A stretch of 63,271 nucleotides of DNA, the filler included, from Octopus bimaculoides (taxonomy: Eukaryota): assembly GCF_001194135.2 (NCBI RefSeq). It is 8 parts of 8 records of this genome, joined end to end, with 100 filler letters (N's around TTAATTAATTAA, not from the genome) between each part and the next. Parts side by side here need not be neighbours in the genome. Positions count along the whole stretch, not along the records: positions 24,966 to 49,942 come from NC_068994.1; positions 50,043 to 60,726 come from NC_068991.1; 6 more parts are not named here. One strand, 5' to 3'. Position numbers and translations under genes: made by a program. The notes beneath the pieces were generated by a model. It made no database searches. It was not told the origin of the DNA and saw only the letters and a program-made list of their open reading frames with translations. Below are positions 38,106 to 51,235 of the stretch, piece by piece (position 1 is the first letter of the stretch; each line of letters begins with the position of its first letter).

Positions 38106-38890
38106 CTGCAAAAGAGAAATGCTGTCAACCAACATTTGAATAAGAGTACAAAGGCAGTTAAATGTGGGTAAACCTGCATGTATGGGTAGAATTCTGTTAT
38201 GATGAAACTGGTGGAATATGAAAAAAAGTTCAGTGTTGTCTAGCAAGTAACTTGATGTATGGTACTATGTTACTTGCTGGAACAAAGGACCTGGTCAGTG
38301 TTTTTCTAGACTTGGTCATCTTGTTCTCACAATATAAGATTTAAGATATGCAGCCCTATTTTAAATACAGAAGGGAGTTTGAAGATTTGCATGCTACATA
38401 GAAGCTTTCTCTCACTGTCTCATGTACTCATTGTTTTAAAAAACAGCAGTGAGTTTGTTAAAAGATGCCTGAGAAACTATACATAAACTCCCATACTGAC
38501 ATGAACTTCTTGTTTTAGAGGCAGTAGTGAGTTTATTAGGCTGCTACATTTATAAAGATGAGCAAAAAGTTATCACATTGGTCTATTTTTTCTATAAATT
38601 GTTTTCATGTCCATTTTTCACTACTAACATTGGTGTGATGGTTTAATAACTAGAGCATTAATACTAATAACCTCTTGACTGCAATAGAACTTATTTTTGT
38701 TCAGTCAGGCAAACCAGAGAAAGCAAAGCTTCAAACTTTGCTTTAAGGCACAACACAATATCAAGTAGTCAGAACTGAATGCATGACTACTTGATTGAAT
38801 CTTGACCTCACAACTTTTGTGTCTCATTTGTGGAAATGATGTAACGAAAAATAAAGTAAGATAAATATAGTGCTGTATCAAATTACTCAC

Positions 38891-38941
38891 TGGGTCATTG
38901 TTTGTTTGGGTGGATGGTGTCCGACAGTGAGCAAACCATTC
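38891..38941 (-). CDS. EXOC4: EXOC4 51-nt exon (EWFAHCRTPSTQTNNDP)
   Basis: Strong acceptor ttttattctccttaCAG| and donor |GTGAGT, phase 0/0. It begins EWF, continuing the conserved HESL-EW motif, and joins the flanking exons in frame. Confidence 0.75.
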
Positions 38942-39173
38942 CTGTAAGGAGAATAAAACTTGTTACCATATTTTTCTCTCATTTTGTCCCTGTCTACCTG
39001 TTTGGCCTATATACACAAAACAGACTAAGAGACAGATACCAACAGATAGAAAAATGCCAGATAGAAACACAAAGACATTCATACATAGAGACAGACATAA
39101 CATTCAGACAGACATAAACACACAGATACTTATACAGACACATACACACATGTACATGCATGCATGCATACAT

Positions 39174-39212
<39 letters not shown>

Positions 39213-39370
39213 CATGCACAAATAACATATAGACAGACAACTACTGATTTTCGAGTTACCCAAAACCTAAACAACTGTCATGTCTTATCTTGAACCAAAC
39301 AAAATACCTGCTGCCAGTAAGATCCTTGTTTAGATAGTATATTTAGATATCTTTAGAGTGTATATTAGCA

Positions 39371-39417
<47 letters not shown>

Positions 39418-39589
39418 GCTTTAGTCAGGAGATATGAGGGTGAAGACAGATTTATTTAACTACATGACTTCCATGATTATAGCTGTTTTGCAACCTTCTT
39501 CATATAATAAATATTTCAGTAGGTAAGATATTATGTGAACATGTTTGCATTAATATGTATGCTCAGTATTATACAATGCAACCAGATGT

Positions 39590-40320
39590 GAAAGCAAAAA
39601 CTAAAGTTAATTCAAAAGCTTAAAGTTAATTCAGCAAAGACCAAAATTCTAGCAAACAAGAAAATAGACAGGATACAAACTCTGACCCCTTCAGGTAAAT
39701 GACCCTGCCTGATATGTAGAAAAGGTGTAGACAGAAATTCCATAATTGTGTAGTCAGTGCAAACTGTGGACAACATAAGAGGTGTAATGGAGTCATAGAA
39801 TAATTGCTAAAATAAGAACTGGCTGGAGAAAGTTCAGAGAATTATTAACTTCAAATTCAAAGTGCTTAGTGGAGGAGAAATGATTTATTATAATTCATAC
39901 TACACATATTAAAAGAAATGGTAACAAAAGAAATCTCTCTCAGAGTGAATGGTAGACTCTATGATGCTTGTGTGTAAACAGCAATGATACATGGTTGTGA
40001 AATTTGGGCCAAAGATGCAGAGGTCATGCAAAAACAAGAAAAGAAATGAAGCCAGCATGCTCCACTGTATGTTCAACTGCATGTACCACAAAGTACAAAT
40101 GTGTTGAGGGAAAAAGTGGACATAAGAGGTATCAGATGTGGTGTGCAAGAGAGAAGACTGCATTGGTATGGTCATGTAATTTCAATAGATGAGGACAGCT
40201 GCATAAAGAACTGCCAGTTGCTAAATGTGGACCGAACATGTGGAAGACGTAGTGAGATGAAATAGTGAAATGTTGGAGATGAGAAAGATGATTAATGATA
40301 TGCTATGCTTGAGAATCCCT
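39590..40320 (+). mobile_element. Degenerate RTE LINE fragments
   Basis: Relics such as aaagttaat..gcaaagaccaaa, the PHD-like segment and gagagaagactgcattggtatggtcatg (RRLHWYGH). Confidence 0.55.
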
Positions 40321-40849
40321 GTCCATCCCAGCAAAAATGAAGTCTTGTCAAGTCTTCCTCCACAACTTATTTTCTAACACCCATATCTCCATTGTTCTTT
40401 TAACTATGGCACTGATACCTTTTAATCTCTTACACTTGACATTGCTTACCTATTACTGTCACTTATCCTTCCTCTTCCCTGATCCACTCCTATTCCCTTC
40501 ACATCCCCCACAAATAGATATTCACCAGTGACCGCGCCTCAACCTGTATATCCCATTCACTGCGCCCACCTCTATCCCCATCTATAACCACCTGTCACAC
40601 TTTTGCAAACTTATCTACCCACTGTCACTTCTGATCTGCTATCCTTGTTCTTTCTCTTATATTCACCTTGTACTCTGAAGAAATATCCTCACCACCTCTT
40701 TTTCTCTTTCCATCTGGGGAAGCCATGTATCTCCTGTACAACAAGATACTTGTTCCAGTCCCTTTATCATACTTTGAACACCTGGAATAAAGCCACCTCT
40801 CTCAATTCTATACTCCCACTCAGTTTGAGGGGTTTTGTCTTATGAGTTA

Positions 40850-41045
40850 CTCAGTTGCCTCATGAGTGATGGTGCCACAAAAAAAGGCACCGAGTACACT
40901 CTGCAAAGTGGATGGTGTTAGGAAGAGCATCCAGCTGTAGAAACCATGCCAAAGCATATGCTGGAAATTGGTGCAGTTCTGTGGCTCACCAGCTCCCGTT
41001 CAACCATCCAACCTATGCTAGCATGGACATTAAATAATGATGATG
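40850..41045 (+). mobile_element. RTE LINE 3' UTR fragment
   Basis: GGAAGAGCATCCAGCTGTAGAAAC..ACCTATGCTAGCATGGA, then an (ATG)n tail. Confidence 0.7.
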
Positions 41046-41329
41046 AAAAAGATACATATAAACAAACACACTGTTTCAATCAGTTTAATTTCAAACTGTC
41101 ATCAGATGTCTTGTTTCTGACTACGGACATGGTCTAGTGAATAAGGACATTACTTTTCCTAGTTTAAAATGTTCTTACATCATATCAAGTCTTGTATCCT
41201 TTTCCTTTTGAAGAAATAAAGCAATTGACATCTAAAAGTGTCAGTATCAAGCTGCAGCTTAAAATTCAGAGTAGTGAATGGAGGAGAAATGATTTATTAT
41301 AATTTGTACTAAACATGTTAAAAGGAATG

Positions 41330-42300
41330 TTTATCCAATAATGTGGAGGACATGAAAACCTGTGGCTATGAAGAATATTGATCCATAGACCCTGTCTGAA
41401 ATAGAGAATGATGCTTCTATTATTTGTAGGATTGTGAAGTAAAATCCTGAAGTGATGGCAGTAATTATAAAGTGAGTAGGTATAAACTCTTCTGGGAGTA
41501 GGGGGTATGGGCATACTTCTTGCAGAGAAATGGGTGGATAAGGTCATAGAGATAGTCAGGGTGTGCAATAGACTCAGGCTAGTCTTGCACAATAGTATAG
41601 CTACAATTATCTCTGTCTACACCCTACAAGTGTGCCTACCAAATAAACAGAAGGATCACTTTTATGATATTTTTCTGCAGGCTACCTCAAAGGTGAGTGA
41701 CAATGATCTCATCTTTGTGGCTGGAAATTTTAATGGGCATGTCGGATGGCAACCTGGTACCTTCCATGGTGTACATGGGGGCCATGGAATTGGCTCCCAA
41801 AATAAAGTGGGAACTAGGCTCCTAGAGTTCTGTGATGCAAATAACCTATCAATCTACAACACTAACTTCAGGAAGCAAGCCAGCCACCTGATAACCTATC
41901 AATCAGGTGATTCTGCTAGCCAGATTGATTTCATTCTCACCAGACAGCAGGATGTATGGTTGCTTTTAAATACAAAGACCCTGCCTGGTGAGGAATGTAC
42001 CCCACCAGCATAGACCAGTTATTAGTGACTTTAGACTTAAGCCCAGAAAGATGCCAAGAAGCAGACCAATCTGGAAAAGAAGGACTTGGAAGCTTAAGAA
42101 CCCTTCACATAGTCAGAGATTTAGGGATATCTTTACCGAGAAATTTGATGAGAGGGAGGAGGAGCTACAGACTTGTGACATAGAAGGTAACTGGGAATTC
42201 TTGCGAGACAGCTTGCTGAGCACCACAGACCAAATCTGTGGCTGGTGCAAAGTCCCTTCCCGACCTAGGGTAATGTGGTAGTGGAACAAGACTGTAGAGC
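41330..42300 (+). mobile_element. RTE LINE APE endonuclease region
   Basis: [38 protein letters not shown]...QIDFIL. Confidence 0.85.
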
Positions 42301-42309
42301 AAAGAAACA

Positions 42310-44060
42310 AAGATAGGAGCTATCTGAACTTTGTCCAGCTTATTCTTATTCTCACAGCTATGCTCTCAGAGCATCGACCTCTGCGATTGACTTGGTTTCT
42401 TAGATAATGGAAGCTACCAACTATGTCTAGCTCACTCCACTGGTATTTGATGTTTTAGTGTTTATTGTACCTGTGCACCTTCCACACACAAAAACTATTT
42501 TCCCAGTTAATCTTCCTTTGATATTGCTGCACTTCTTATGTGTCCATAACTTGCAGTGGGTATATCTTATGGAATTTCTATCTACGCTTTTTCTACAGAT
42601 CAAGCAAGACATTTGTGATCTGCCTGCCTTCCTACTAATGAAAACTTTAGTTTTTGCTAGGTTAACTCTAAGGTCCTTTGGTTCTAGACCTTTCTTCCAC
42701 ACTTGGAATTTCTTCTCTAGCTCTGGTAGTGATTCAGCTATAAGAGTAAGGTCATCAGCATAGAGAAGCTCCCAGAGTCAGCCTGTCTTAAATTCCTCTG
42801 TTATTACATGGAGGAGCATTATGAACTAAGAGGAGGCTTAGGACTCATCCTTGACAAACCCCTACTTGTACCCTGAATTCATCGCTATACTCATTGCTAA
42901 CCCTCGCCTTCCTGACTGCATCCCTGTACAGCTCTCACCAACTAGTCATCTATCCCTAGTTTCCACATTGATCACCAGATAAGGGATCAGGGACACTGTC
43001 AAAGGCTTTCTCCATGTCAACAAAAGCCAAGTACAGAGGTTTATCGTTGGCTATGTATATCTGCAGCTGCCTTGCCAGAAATATAGTATCAGTGGTGCTT
43101 CTACCTGGCACAAAACCAAACTAGACTAATTCTCTCCCTAATTAGTTGGGCTATGATCCTCTCTGTAACTTTAATCACCTGACCCAATAATATTTGATAC
43201 CTCTGTAATTATTTCTAAGGCAACACCTTTGCCTTTGTAGCAGTTGACTATGGTGCTGCTACATCAATCATTGGGTATGACTCCTTCATGTACTACCTGC
43301 TTAACTATACGGGTGACTAGATTGTAACCCACACTGCCAGATATTTTGAGTATCTCAGTGGTTATTCCTGATGGGCTGGGGGCTCTCCCTGTCTTCATAT
43401 CCTTCATAACTTTGCCTACAATGCTACTGTCTATTCAGATTGTTGGTCCCTCTGTTGGATCAAGGCAGACTCTTCTTCTCCCATAAGTTCTCTACATTTA
43501 GTAGCCTTTCATAGTGGCACTCTCTTTGCAGAATCACTAACTGCAAGTGAAGCATCATCCATGTGAACATACTTCCCTCTCACAACATCACAATTTTTCC
43601 TGGCACACTGTCTTGCAAACCGAAACACTTCAAGCCACTGGTCCTCATGCTGCAGAACATTGGCAAACTTCTTCCTTTCTGCTTCACTCCTGGCTAAGTA
43701 TATCTGCTTCTAGCTGCCTGATATAGCTCCTTACTACCACCACACTTCCAGTCCTTCCAAGCCTGCTTCTTTACTCTAATGGCCCTATCAACTACATTGT
43801 TCCACCAACATGTCACCCTAGGTCTGGTTGGGACTTTGCACCACCCACAAATTTGGTCCGTGGCTCTCAGTAACTTGCCTCATAGGAGCTTCCAGTTATT
43901 CTCTAAATTGCAAGTCTGTAACTCCTCCCATTTCTCAGCAAATGCTTCAGTTAGGAAGTCCTCAAACCTCTGACTATGTAAAGGATCCTTAAGCTTCTAG
44001 ATCTTTCTTTTCCAAACTGGTTTATTTCTTGGAATCCTTTGTGCCTGCAGTTTGAAGTCA
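42310..44060 (-). mobile_element. RTE LINE RT region (degenerate)
   Basis: ELLYADDL, LRVNLAKTKV, PHD-like CLIC..HKKC..CGRC, PSGITTE. Confidence 0.85.
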
Positions 44061-44424
44061 CATTATATACAAATTATTTGTACTAAGTAAATTGTATGAA
44101 AATACCATGGATAAGATTGTAATTAAGTAATGGTTTAATATAAAAACCTGTAATATGGAAATCTAATTGGTTTAGTAAATTTTGAAGATATTGATATTAG
44201 TTAAATATTATTATTAATTCTATTATTTTAATTTAGTGAGTTAATCATTATATATTTTATTTACTTCTTTTAGTTCTAATTATATATAATTTCTTTAATT
44301 ATAAGATATTTGAATTTAATTTATTATAATGAATAAATTGAATATTGGGGTCTGTGGTTGTTGTTGTTTGAACTAGGTGTACCTCTGGTTGGTTAAAATA
44401 AATATCTTCTTGTGAGTTTATTTC

Positions 44425-47080
44425 ATCATCATCATCATCATTGTTTAATGTCTGCATTCCATGCTGGCATGGGTTGGACAGTTTGACTGAGGTCTGGCAA
44501 GCCAGTGGGCTGCGTCAGGCTCCAATCTGATCTGGCAATGTTTCTACAGCTGGATGCCCTTCCTAATGCCAACCAATCTAAGAGTATAGTGGGTGCTTTT
44601 TATGTGCCGCCGGCACGAGAACCAGTCAGGGGGCACTGGCATTGACCACGTTCGGATGGTGCATTTTACATGCCACAAGCAAGGAAACCAGGTAGGGGGC
44701 ACTGGCATCAACCATGTTTGGATAGTGCTTTTATGTGCCACCGGCATGGGAGCCAGTCAAGGGGCACTGGCATCAGCTACATTCAGATGGTGCATAAAAA
44801 AAGGAAACAAGCAAAATTAAATTGATGTGAATGTACGTGCACACTCACGGAAGACTATGCTGTATAGTAATACAGATAATACTGCAATATACGCAGTGGT
44901 TTTGTAGGTATGCGCGTGTATGTTTGTATGTGCACCATCATTCAGATGGTGCATGGAAGCCAGTCAGGCGGTACTGGCTACGGCTACGATTTCGATTTTA
45001 CTTGACTCAACAGGTCTTCTCAAGCATATCATATCACCTGACACTTCGAGGGTACTTTTAAATGGGCCAGTCATGCAACACTGGCATTGACTTGGCTGCG
45101 ATCTCACTTTACTTGCTGGGTCTTCTCAGTCACAGAATATCTCCAAAGGTCTCAGTCTGTTGTCATTGCCTCTGCGAGGCCCAATGTTCAAAGATCATGC
45201 TTCACCACCTCATCCCATGTCTTCCTGAGTCTACCTCTTCCATGGGTTCCTTGAACACCACATTTGATGCTTCTTATGTCCAACTTTTCTCTCAAGATGC
45301 TTACACTCTGTTGTGTATGCACACTGACATTAAACATCCAGTGGATCAAACTAGCTTAATTGTTTTAAAGCCTACACATGTCCTCAGCAGTCATGGCCCA
45401 TGTTTCACTGTTGTGTAGCATGGCAGTTCACACACATGCATCATACAGTCTACTTTTCACCCTGAGCGAGAGGCCCTTAGTTGCCAGTAGAGGTAGTAGC
45501 TCTCTGAACTTCATCCAGGCTATTCTTATTCTAGCAGCTACGCTCTCAGAACATCCACCCCCACTACAGACTTGGTTGCCTAGGTAGCAGAAGCTACCAA
45601 CTATTTCTAGTTTTTTCCCCCTGGCATATAATGGAATCTGTTTTCTGTACATTTTCGGTGTTTATTTTCCCTGTGCATCTGCCACACACAAAAACTATCT
45701 TCTTGGTTAACCTTCCTCTGATATTGCTGCACCTATTAAGTTTCTGTAGCTTACACCAGGTACATCTTATGGAGTTTCTACCTATATCTTTTTTACAGAT
45801 CGAGCAGGGCCATCCAGCAGCGAGTTGTGATTTGTTTGCCTTCCTACTTACGAAGACTTTGGTTTTTGCTCGGTTAACTCTAAGGCCTTTCAATTTTAGA
45901 CCTTGCTTCCACACCCTAAACTTCATCTCTAGTTCTGGTCGTGACCTGGTTATAAAAGAAAGGTTATCAGCATGGAGGAGCTCCCAGGGGTAGCCTGTCA
46001 AATTCCTCTGTTATTGCCTGGAGGACTATGATGAATAAGAGGGGACTGAAGACTGCTCCTCGATGAACCCCTACTTCTACCCAGAATTCTTCATTATACT
46101 TATTGCTAACCCTCACCTTCCTGACAGCATCCCTGTACAGGGCTTGTATGGCTCTTACCAACCATTTGTCTATCCCTAGTTTCTGCATTGACCACCAGAT
46201 AAGGGATCAGGGGACCCTGTCAAAGGCTTTCTTCAAGTCAACAAAAGCCAAAGGTTTATCTTTGGCTAGGTATTTCTCCTGCAGTTGCCTTACCAGAAAT
46301 ATAGCATCAGTGGTGCTTCTACATCTCATCTAGGCTAACTCTCTCCCTAATTAGTTGGGCTATGACCCTCTCTATAACTTTCATCACCTGATCCAATACT
46401 TTCATACCCCTGTAGTTATTTCTATCTAAAGCATCACCTTTACCTTTGTAGCTGTTGACTATGGTGCTGCCACACCAGTCATTGGGCATGATCCCTTCAT
46501 GAACTACCTGATTTATGATGTGGGTGACATGACCATAACCCACACCGCCCAATATTTTAAGCATCTCAGTGGTGATTCCTGATGGGCCAGGTGCTTTCCC
46601 TGTCTTCATGTCCTTAATTGCTTTATCTACCAGGGTACTGTCGATTCGGGTAGCTGGTTCCTCAATTGGGTCGACCTTTGGCAGACTCTCTCCCATTCAT
46701 TCTCCACATTCAGCAGTCTTTCATAATGGCATCTCCAAGCCTCTTTCTTTGCAGAATCATTAAACACAAGTGCACCATCATCCATGCAGACACATTTCTC
46801 TCCTATGACATTACGATTTTCTTTCACACACTGTCTTGCATTCCAAAATACTTCAGTTCTTTGGTCTTCACCTTGCTGTACATTTGCAAACTTCTTTTCT
46901 GCTTCTCCCTTGGCTATATATACCTGTCTCCTGGCTTTCCTTCTGGCTATCTGATACAGCTCCCTGCTACCTCCATTCTTCTAGGCCTCCCAGGCCTGTT
47001 TCTTTGCTCAACAGTATTGTTCAACCACCCCATTACCCTAGATCTGGAAGGGACTTTGCACCAGTCACACATGACACAAA
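44425..47080 (-). mobile_element. RTE LINE, about 2.6-kb 5'-truncated copy with tandemly repeated 3' UTR and (ATG)n tail
   Basis: KAPGPSGITTEM, YKGKGDALDRNNYRG, VGVHRGAVFSPLLF, LLHADNL, PHD-like motif, FCYLG, RIAWMKFRELLPLL. Confidence 0.9.
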
Positions 47081-47345
47081 AAAACCTTCATCTCAAAAAC
47101 ACATACAAATCACTACTTCTGCTATATGCCTAAACTACCCCCACCATTTTTTTTTTGACACAATTCAAACCTGTGTAAATATTAACTTTTGGAAGTGAGC
47201 ATATGCCATTTATCACTTGGGCCAGGTTGTACAAAGAAAATAAAAGAGATTTTACTATAATTATTGGTGTTTCTATGCATCCATAATTTCTACATTGGTT
47301 TCCAAGATTTTACTCCTAGGGAAAATATGGACAAGTTATACTTAC

Positions 47346-47556
47346 CAAACTCTCATGGACATTTGCTACTGTCCTCATTTGGGTAACATCAGTTATGATC
47401 TCCTGCTGTGGAATCAAAGAGTCAGCTGTCGACAAATTACTGATTAAAATCATTGCTTCTTTCAGGTTGAGTGCTCTCATTTCTTCCTCAGAGCATGCTA
47501 TAAGGTTCAGCTCTTGCCCAGCTGTTGGCTGTAGGCTTCTCCAGCTAGGAAGGGAC
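47346..47556 (-). CDS. EXOC4: Exocyst complex component 4 (Sec8), internal exon, 211 nt
   Basis: Acceptor aacaCAG| at 47557 and donor |GTAAGT at 47345. Encodes SLPSWRSLQPTAGQELNLIACSEEEMRALNLKEAMILISNLSTADSLIPQQEIITDVTQMRTVANVHESL, which resembles recalled human EXOC4 SLPNW...[43 protein letters not shown]. Confidence 0.85.
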
Positions 47557-48077
47557 CTGTGTTATTTTAGTAATTTAACAATTTCATTAATAATTCAAAC
47601 GAGTGTCAGCAATGGAAAAAAAAGGAGGTGGGGTATCCTTTATGTAACTACCAGACCTAAACAATGTGACAGCCATACCATCTACAATAATCTTCCTATT
47701 GTCTCTTGAATAAAAACGACATTAATCAATAGAAACTTGATTACTTGATCTGATATTCCGTATATTTGCCAAAACTTTCAACAACCAGGGATCACACAAG
47801 GGGTAATAGGGATTACATGAGATCAAACAAGGATCGTGTGAGGCCAAATAAGTATCATAATGAAACTGAGTTTCTCAAAGATCTGTTCAGTATAAGAGGT
47901 AAGTCTATTTCAAAATCTCAGATAATTTTGATATGAACAATAGCCAACAAGAGACAGTTTATATAACTAGTCATTGATCTGTTCAATATGCCAGCCAAAT
48001 TTCCTTCAATAAATTCCTCTAACATATGGAGATTGATTTGAGCTTATCAATGTAGTAATCAAGTACCTACTGTCCTT

Positions 48078-48195
48078 CTGCCTTTAAAATAGGGACTACA
48101 TGTGTCAGCAAGGTCCTAAATGCCTTTAAAATAGGAACTATATAAACCAGCAAGGATCCAACTGCCTTTAAAATAGGAACCATATGATTCAACAA
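48078..48195. repeat. About 42-bp minisatellite, roughly 3 degenerate units
   Basis: TGCCTTTAAAATAGG(G/A)AC..T....CA(G/A)CAA occurs three times. Confidence 0.8.
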
Positions 48196-48788
48196 AAGAG
48201 TTCTATATAATTCTCACCTACTCAGTGTATCAAGCAAGTCTTCTATCAAAAATACAATTGTGTCTTTAAAATGTGATAAATCATATGACAACATGCCCCA
48301 CAATAAAGACAATCTGACCACAAATAAAATATATCAATGAAGTTTTATCCAAACTAACATAACTAGACATATCTGAAGTGCTATATGAATAGTTCAGTTC
48401 ATAATTTTCACTAAAATGAATATCATGTAACTCTATTACCAGAATGTCTATTAATCAGTAAATAATTATAATAAATCATCTGGTTTATCAATTAATGTAC
48501 AATCTTTTATTCTTTTACTACTTCCAGTTTTTGGACTGTGACCAAGCTGGTGCACTGTATTCAAGGATCTGGTACTGAATTTATAGACGAAAGCAGAGGT
48601 AACTGATCCAGAGCTGAAAAGTGCTAGGTATTTCTGCTTGGCAAATTGCTGTTTTGCTCATCATGCACAAACACTAATTAATGTACGTACATTTGAATGT
48701 GTATGCATGCATATATATATCAGTCAATATCAATCAAAAACTGTTTGTCCTGTAAATTAGTCAATCCGTTTTGGAAGGAAATAGAATA

Positions 48789-49190
48789 GGAGTGGCTGTG
48801 TGGTAAGTAGCTTGCTTACCAACCATATGGTTCCGGGTTCATTCCCACTGCGTGGCACCTTGGGCAAGTGTCTTCTACTATAGCCTTGGGCCGACAAAAG
48901 CCTTGAGTGGATTTGGTAGACGGAAACTGAAGGAAGGCCGTCGTATATATGTATATATATGTATATATATATGTATGTGTGTGTATATGTTTGTGTGTCT
49001 GTGTTTGTCTCCCCAACATTGCTTGACAACCGATGCTGGTGTGTTTTCGTCCCCGTAACTTAGTGGTTCAGCAAAAGAGGCCAATAGACTAAGTACTAGG
49101 CTTCCAAAGAATAAGTCCTGGGGTCAATTTACTCGACTAAAGGCGGTGCTCAAGCATAGCTGCAGTCAAATGACTGAAACAAGTAAAAGA
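48789..49190 (+). mobile_element. SINE family B, full-length copy
   Basis: tRNA-like head GGAGTGGCTGTGTGGTAAGTAGCTTGC..GGTTCCGGGTTCATTCCC, internal (TA)/(TG) tract, 3' end GCATAGCTGCAGTCAAATGACTGAAACAAGTAAAAGA. Confidence 0.85.
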
Positions 49191-49721
49191 GTATTTGAAT
49201 TGCTGAAGAATTAAAGAAATTCCAAACATAAAAGTCTAGAATTGAGAGATCTTTAAGTAAACCTAGCAAAAACAAAACTCTGAGCTGCCAAGAAAGAAAA
49301 CAGTACTGTACTTTCATCTGGGAAGTAGAGTTCTTTCCATCCCTACTATGCAAAAAAAAAAAAAGTAGGTAGGAATGGAATTCTGCATTGTGTACTGAAT
49401 GAAAACTATGAGTGCACAGGAGATGTAGCAGCATCACAAGTAGGCAGAGAGAGAAACTGCTCTGTATAAAGCATCTACGATATACTAAAACTTTATATAT
49501 AGCAGATACACAGGAGTAGTTAATAATAATAGGAATTCTTTCAAATGCCTTGAAGGTTCTCTAGAACCTTCTGTTATTTAAGTGAGATGGTAACAGTGAA
49601 AGACCAGAAAAAGATCATGGGACTTTTCTCTGTGTTGGCAACAAAGGGTTTCTCTCTCCAAATGAAAGATATGATGGCTATGTGCAAAGATTATGGGTGT
49701 GTAATGTTAGTGTACATGATT

Positions 49722-49942
49722 CATCATCATCATCGTTTAACGTCCGCTTTCCATGCTAGCATGGGTTGGACGATTTGACTGAGGACTGGTGAAACCGGAT
49801 GGCAACACCAGGCTCCAATCTAATTTGGCAGAGTTTCTACAGCTGGATGCCCTTCCTAACGCCAACCACTCAGAGAGTGTAGTGGGTGCTTTTACGTGTC
49901 ACCCGCACGAAAACGGCCACACTCGAAATGGTGTCTTTTATG
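49722..49942 (-). mobile_element. RTE LINE 3' UTR fragment
   Basis: (CAT)n then CGTTTAACGTCCGCTTTCCATGCTAGCATGGGTTGGACG; nearly identical to 24966 and 60827. Confidence 0.8.
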
Positions 49943-50859
49943 NNNNNNNNNNNNNNNNNNNNNNNNNNNNNNNNNNNNNNNNNNNNTTAATTAATTAANN
50001 NNNNNNNNNNNNNNNNNNNNNNNNNNNNNNNNNNNNNNNNNNATAGATATGCAGGGCAGGGAATCGTCAATTAGTAATAAAATTAATAATTAACAATTTT
50101 GCCGGGTAGCTCAGTATGAAAAAACGTTTTCGGTAAAAATCATTTATAATCATAAATATATAGGGATTGACAGTAACCTGCTTCTCCAACATACTGAGAA
50201 TTCAGAAATAGCAGTCAAAGAATTACTGATTTCAAAACTACAAATTATTACTCTAGATTGATAGCGATATTTTTGATACACACAGAACAAAAAACGAATA
50301 CAAACACACATAATAAAGATAGCAATTTGAGATGTGGTTTGACTGCTTCATTCCTGCTGTAGGATACATTAAAGAAGTGCCTTCTGCTTGGCCTGACAAA
50401 TGCCATGTGAGTTTTCTTCGCGATCAACTTGGTAATTTCCCTTTTCTTGGCCAAGCGTTTATGCCTTTGTGCTCTTTTTCTGTTTGCTTTCTGTTAGCCA
50501 AGCAGCTCGGAAAATAAGCAGATCGTACAAGTATAGATTTAAAATGAAAAGTGAGAACTGAGGTTGATTTGTTACTGTAAATCCCTTAAAAGTGGTGCCG
50601 AGTTTTGGCAGCAGTCCAATAATGGAAACAATTTAAAGCTAAAAGACGAATTATATTGAATTTTATCTTTTACTTGTTTAAGTCATTAGACTGCAGCCAT
50701 GCTCCAGCACGGCCTTGNNNNNNNNNNNNNNNNNNNNNNNNNNNNNNNNNNNNNNNTTTGGCAGCAGTCCAATAATGGAAACAATTTAAAGCTAAAAGAC
50801 GAATTATATTGAATTTTATCTTTTACTTGTTTAAGTCATTAGACTGTAGCCATGCTCCA

Positions 50860-51235
50860 GCACGGCCTTGAAGTATTTTTAGTCGAATGAATTGAGCGCA
50901 GTACATTATTATTCTTCAGAGCTTGGTACTTCTCGGCCGCTTTTGTCGAACCACTGAGTTACAGGGACGTATGCCCACCATCATCAGCTCCCAAATACAC
51001 GCACACACACGCGCACACATACATACGCACACTCACACACATACACACGCACGCACGCATACGCACATACGCGACTGGCTTGTTTTAGTGTTAGTCCAAA
51101 AAAATCCACTCACAAGGCTTTAGACGACACGATGCTATTGTCGAAGCCCTCTGCCCGAGGTGCCACACAGTGGGACTGAACACGGAACGGTCTGATCGCA
51201 AACTTCCTACGACACAACTCCGTCCGCGCCTACAA
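50860..51235 (-). mobile_element. SINE family B (degenerate)
   Basis: AATCCACTCACAAGGCTT..CCCGAGGTGCCACACAGTGGGACTGAAC. Confidence 0.65.

Noticed and set aside
40449-40489. Alternative EW-starting EXOC4 exon candidates (also near 20373)
   Set aside because: No polypyrimidine tract, early stop codons and no similarity beyond EW.
44620-44790. Spaced repeats (GGCACTGGCAT..) resembling a CRISPR array, also at 25110-25250
   Set aside because: Eukaryotic context, irregular degenerate units inside the RTE 3' UTR, and no cas genes.
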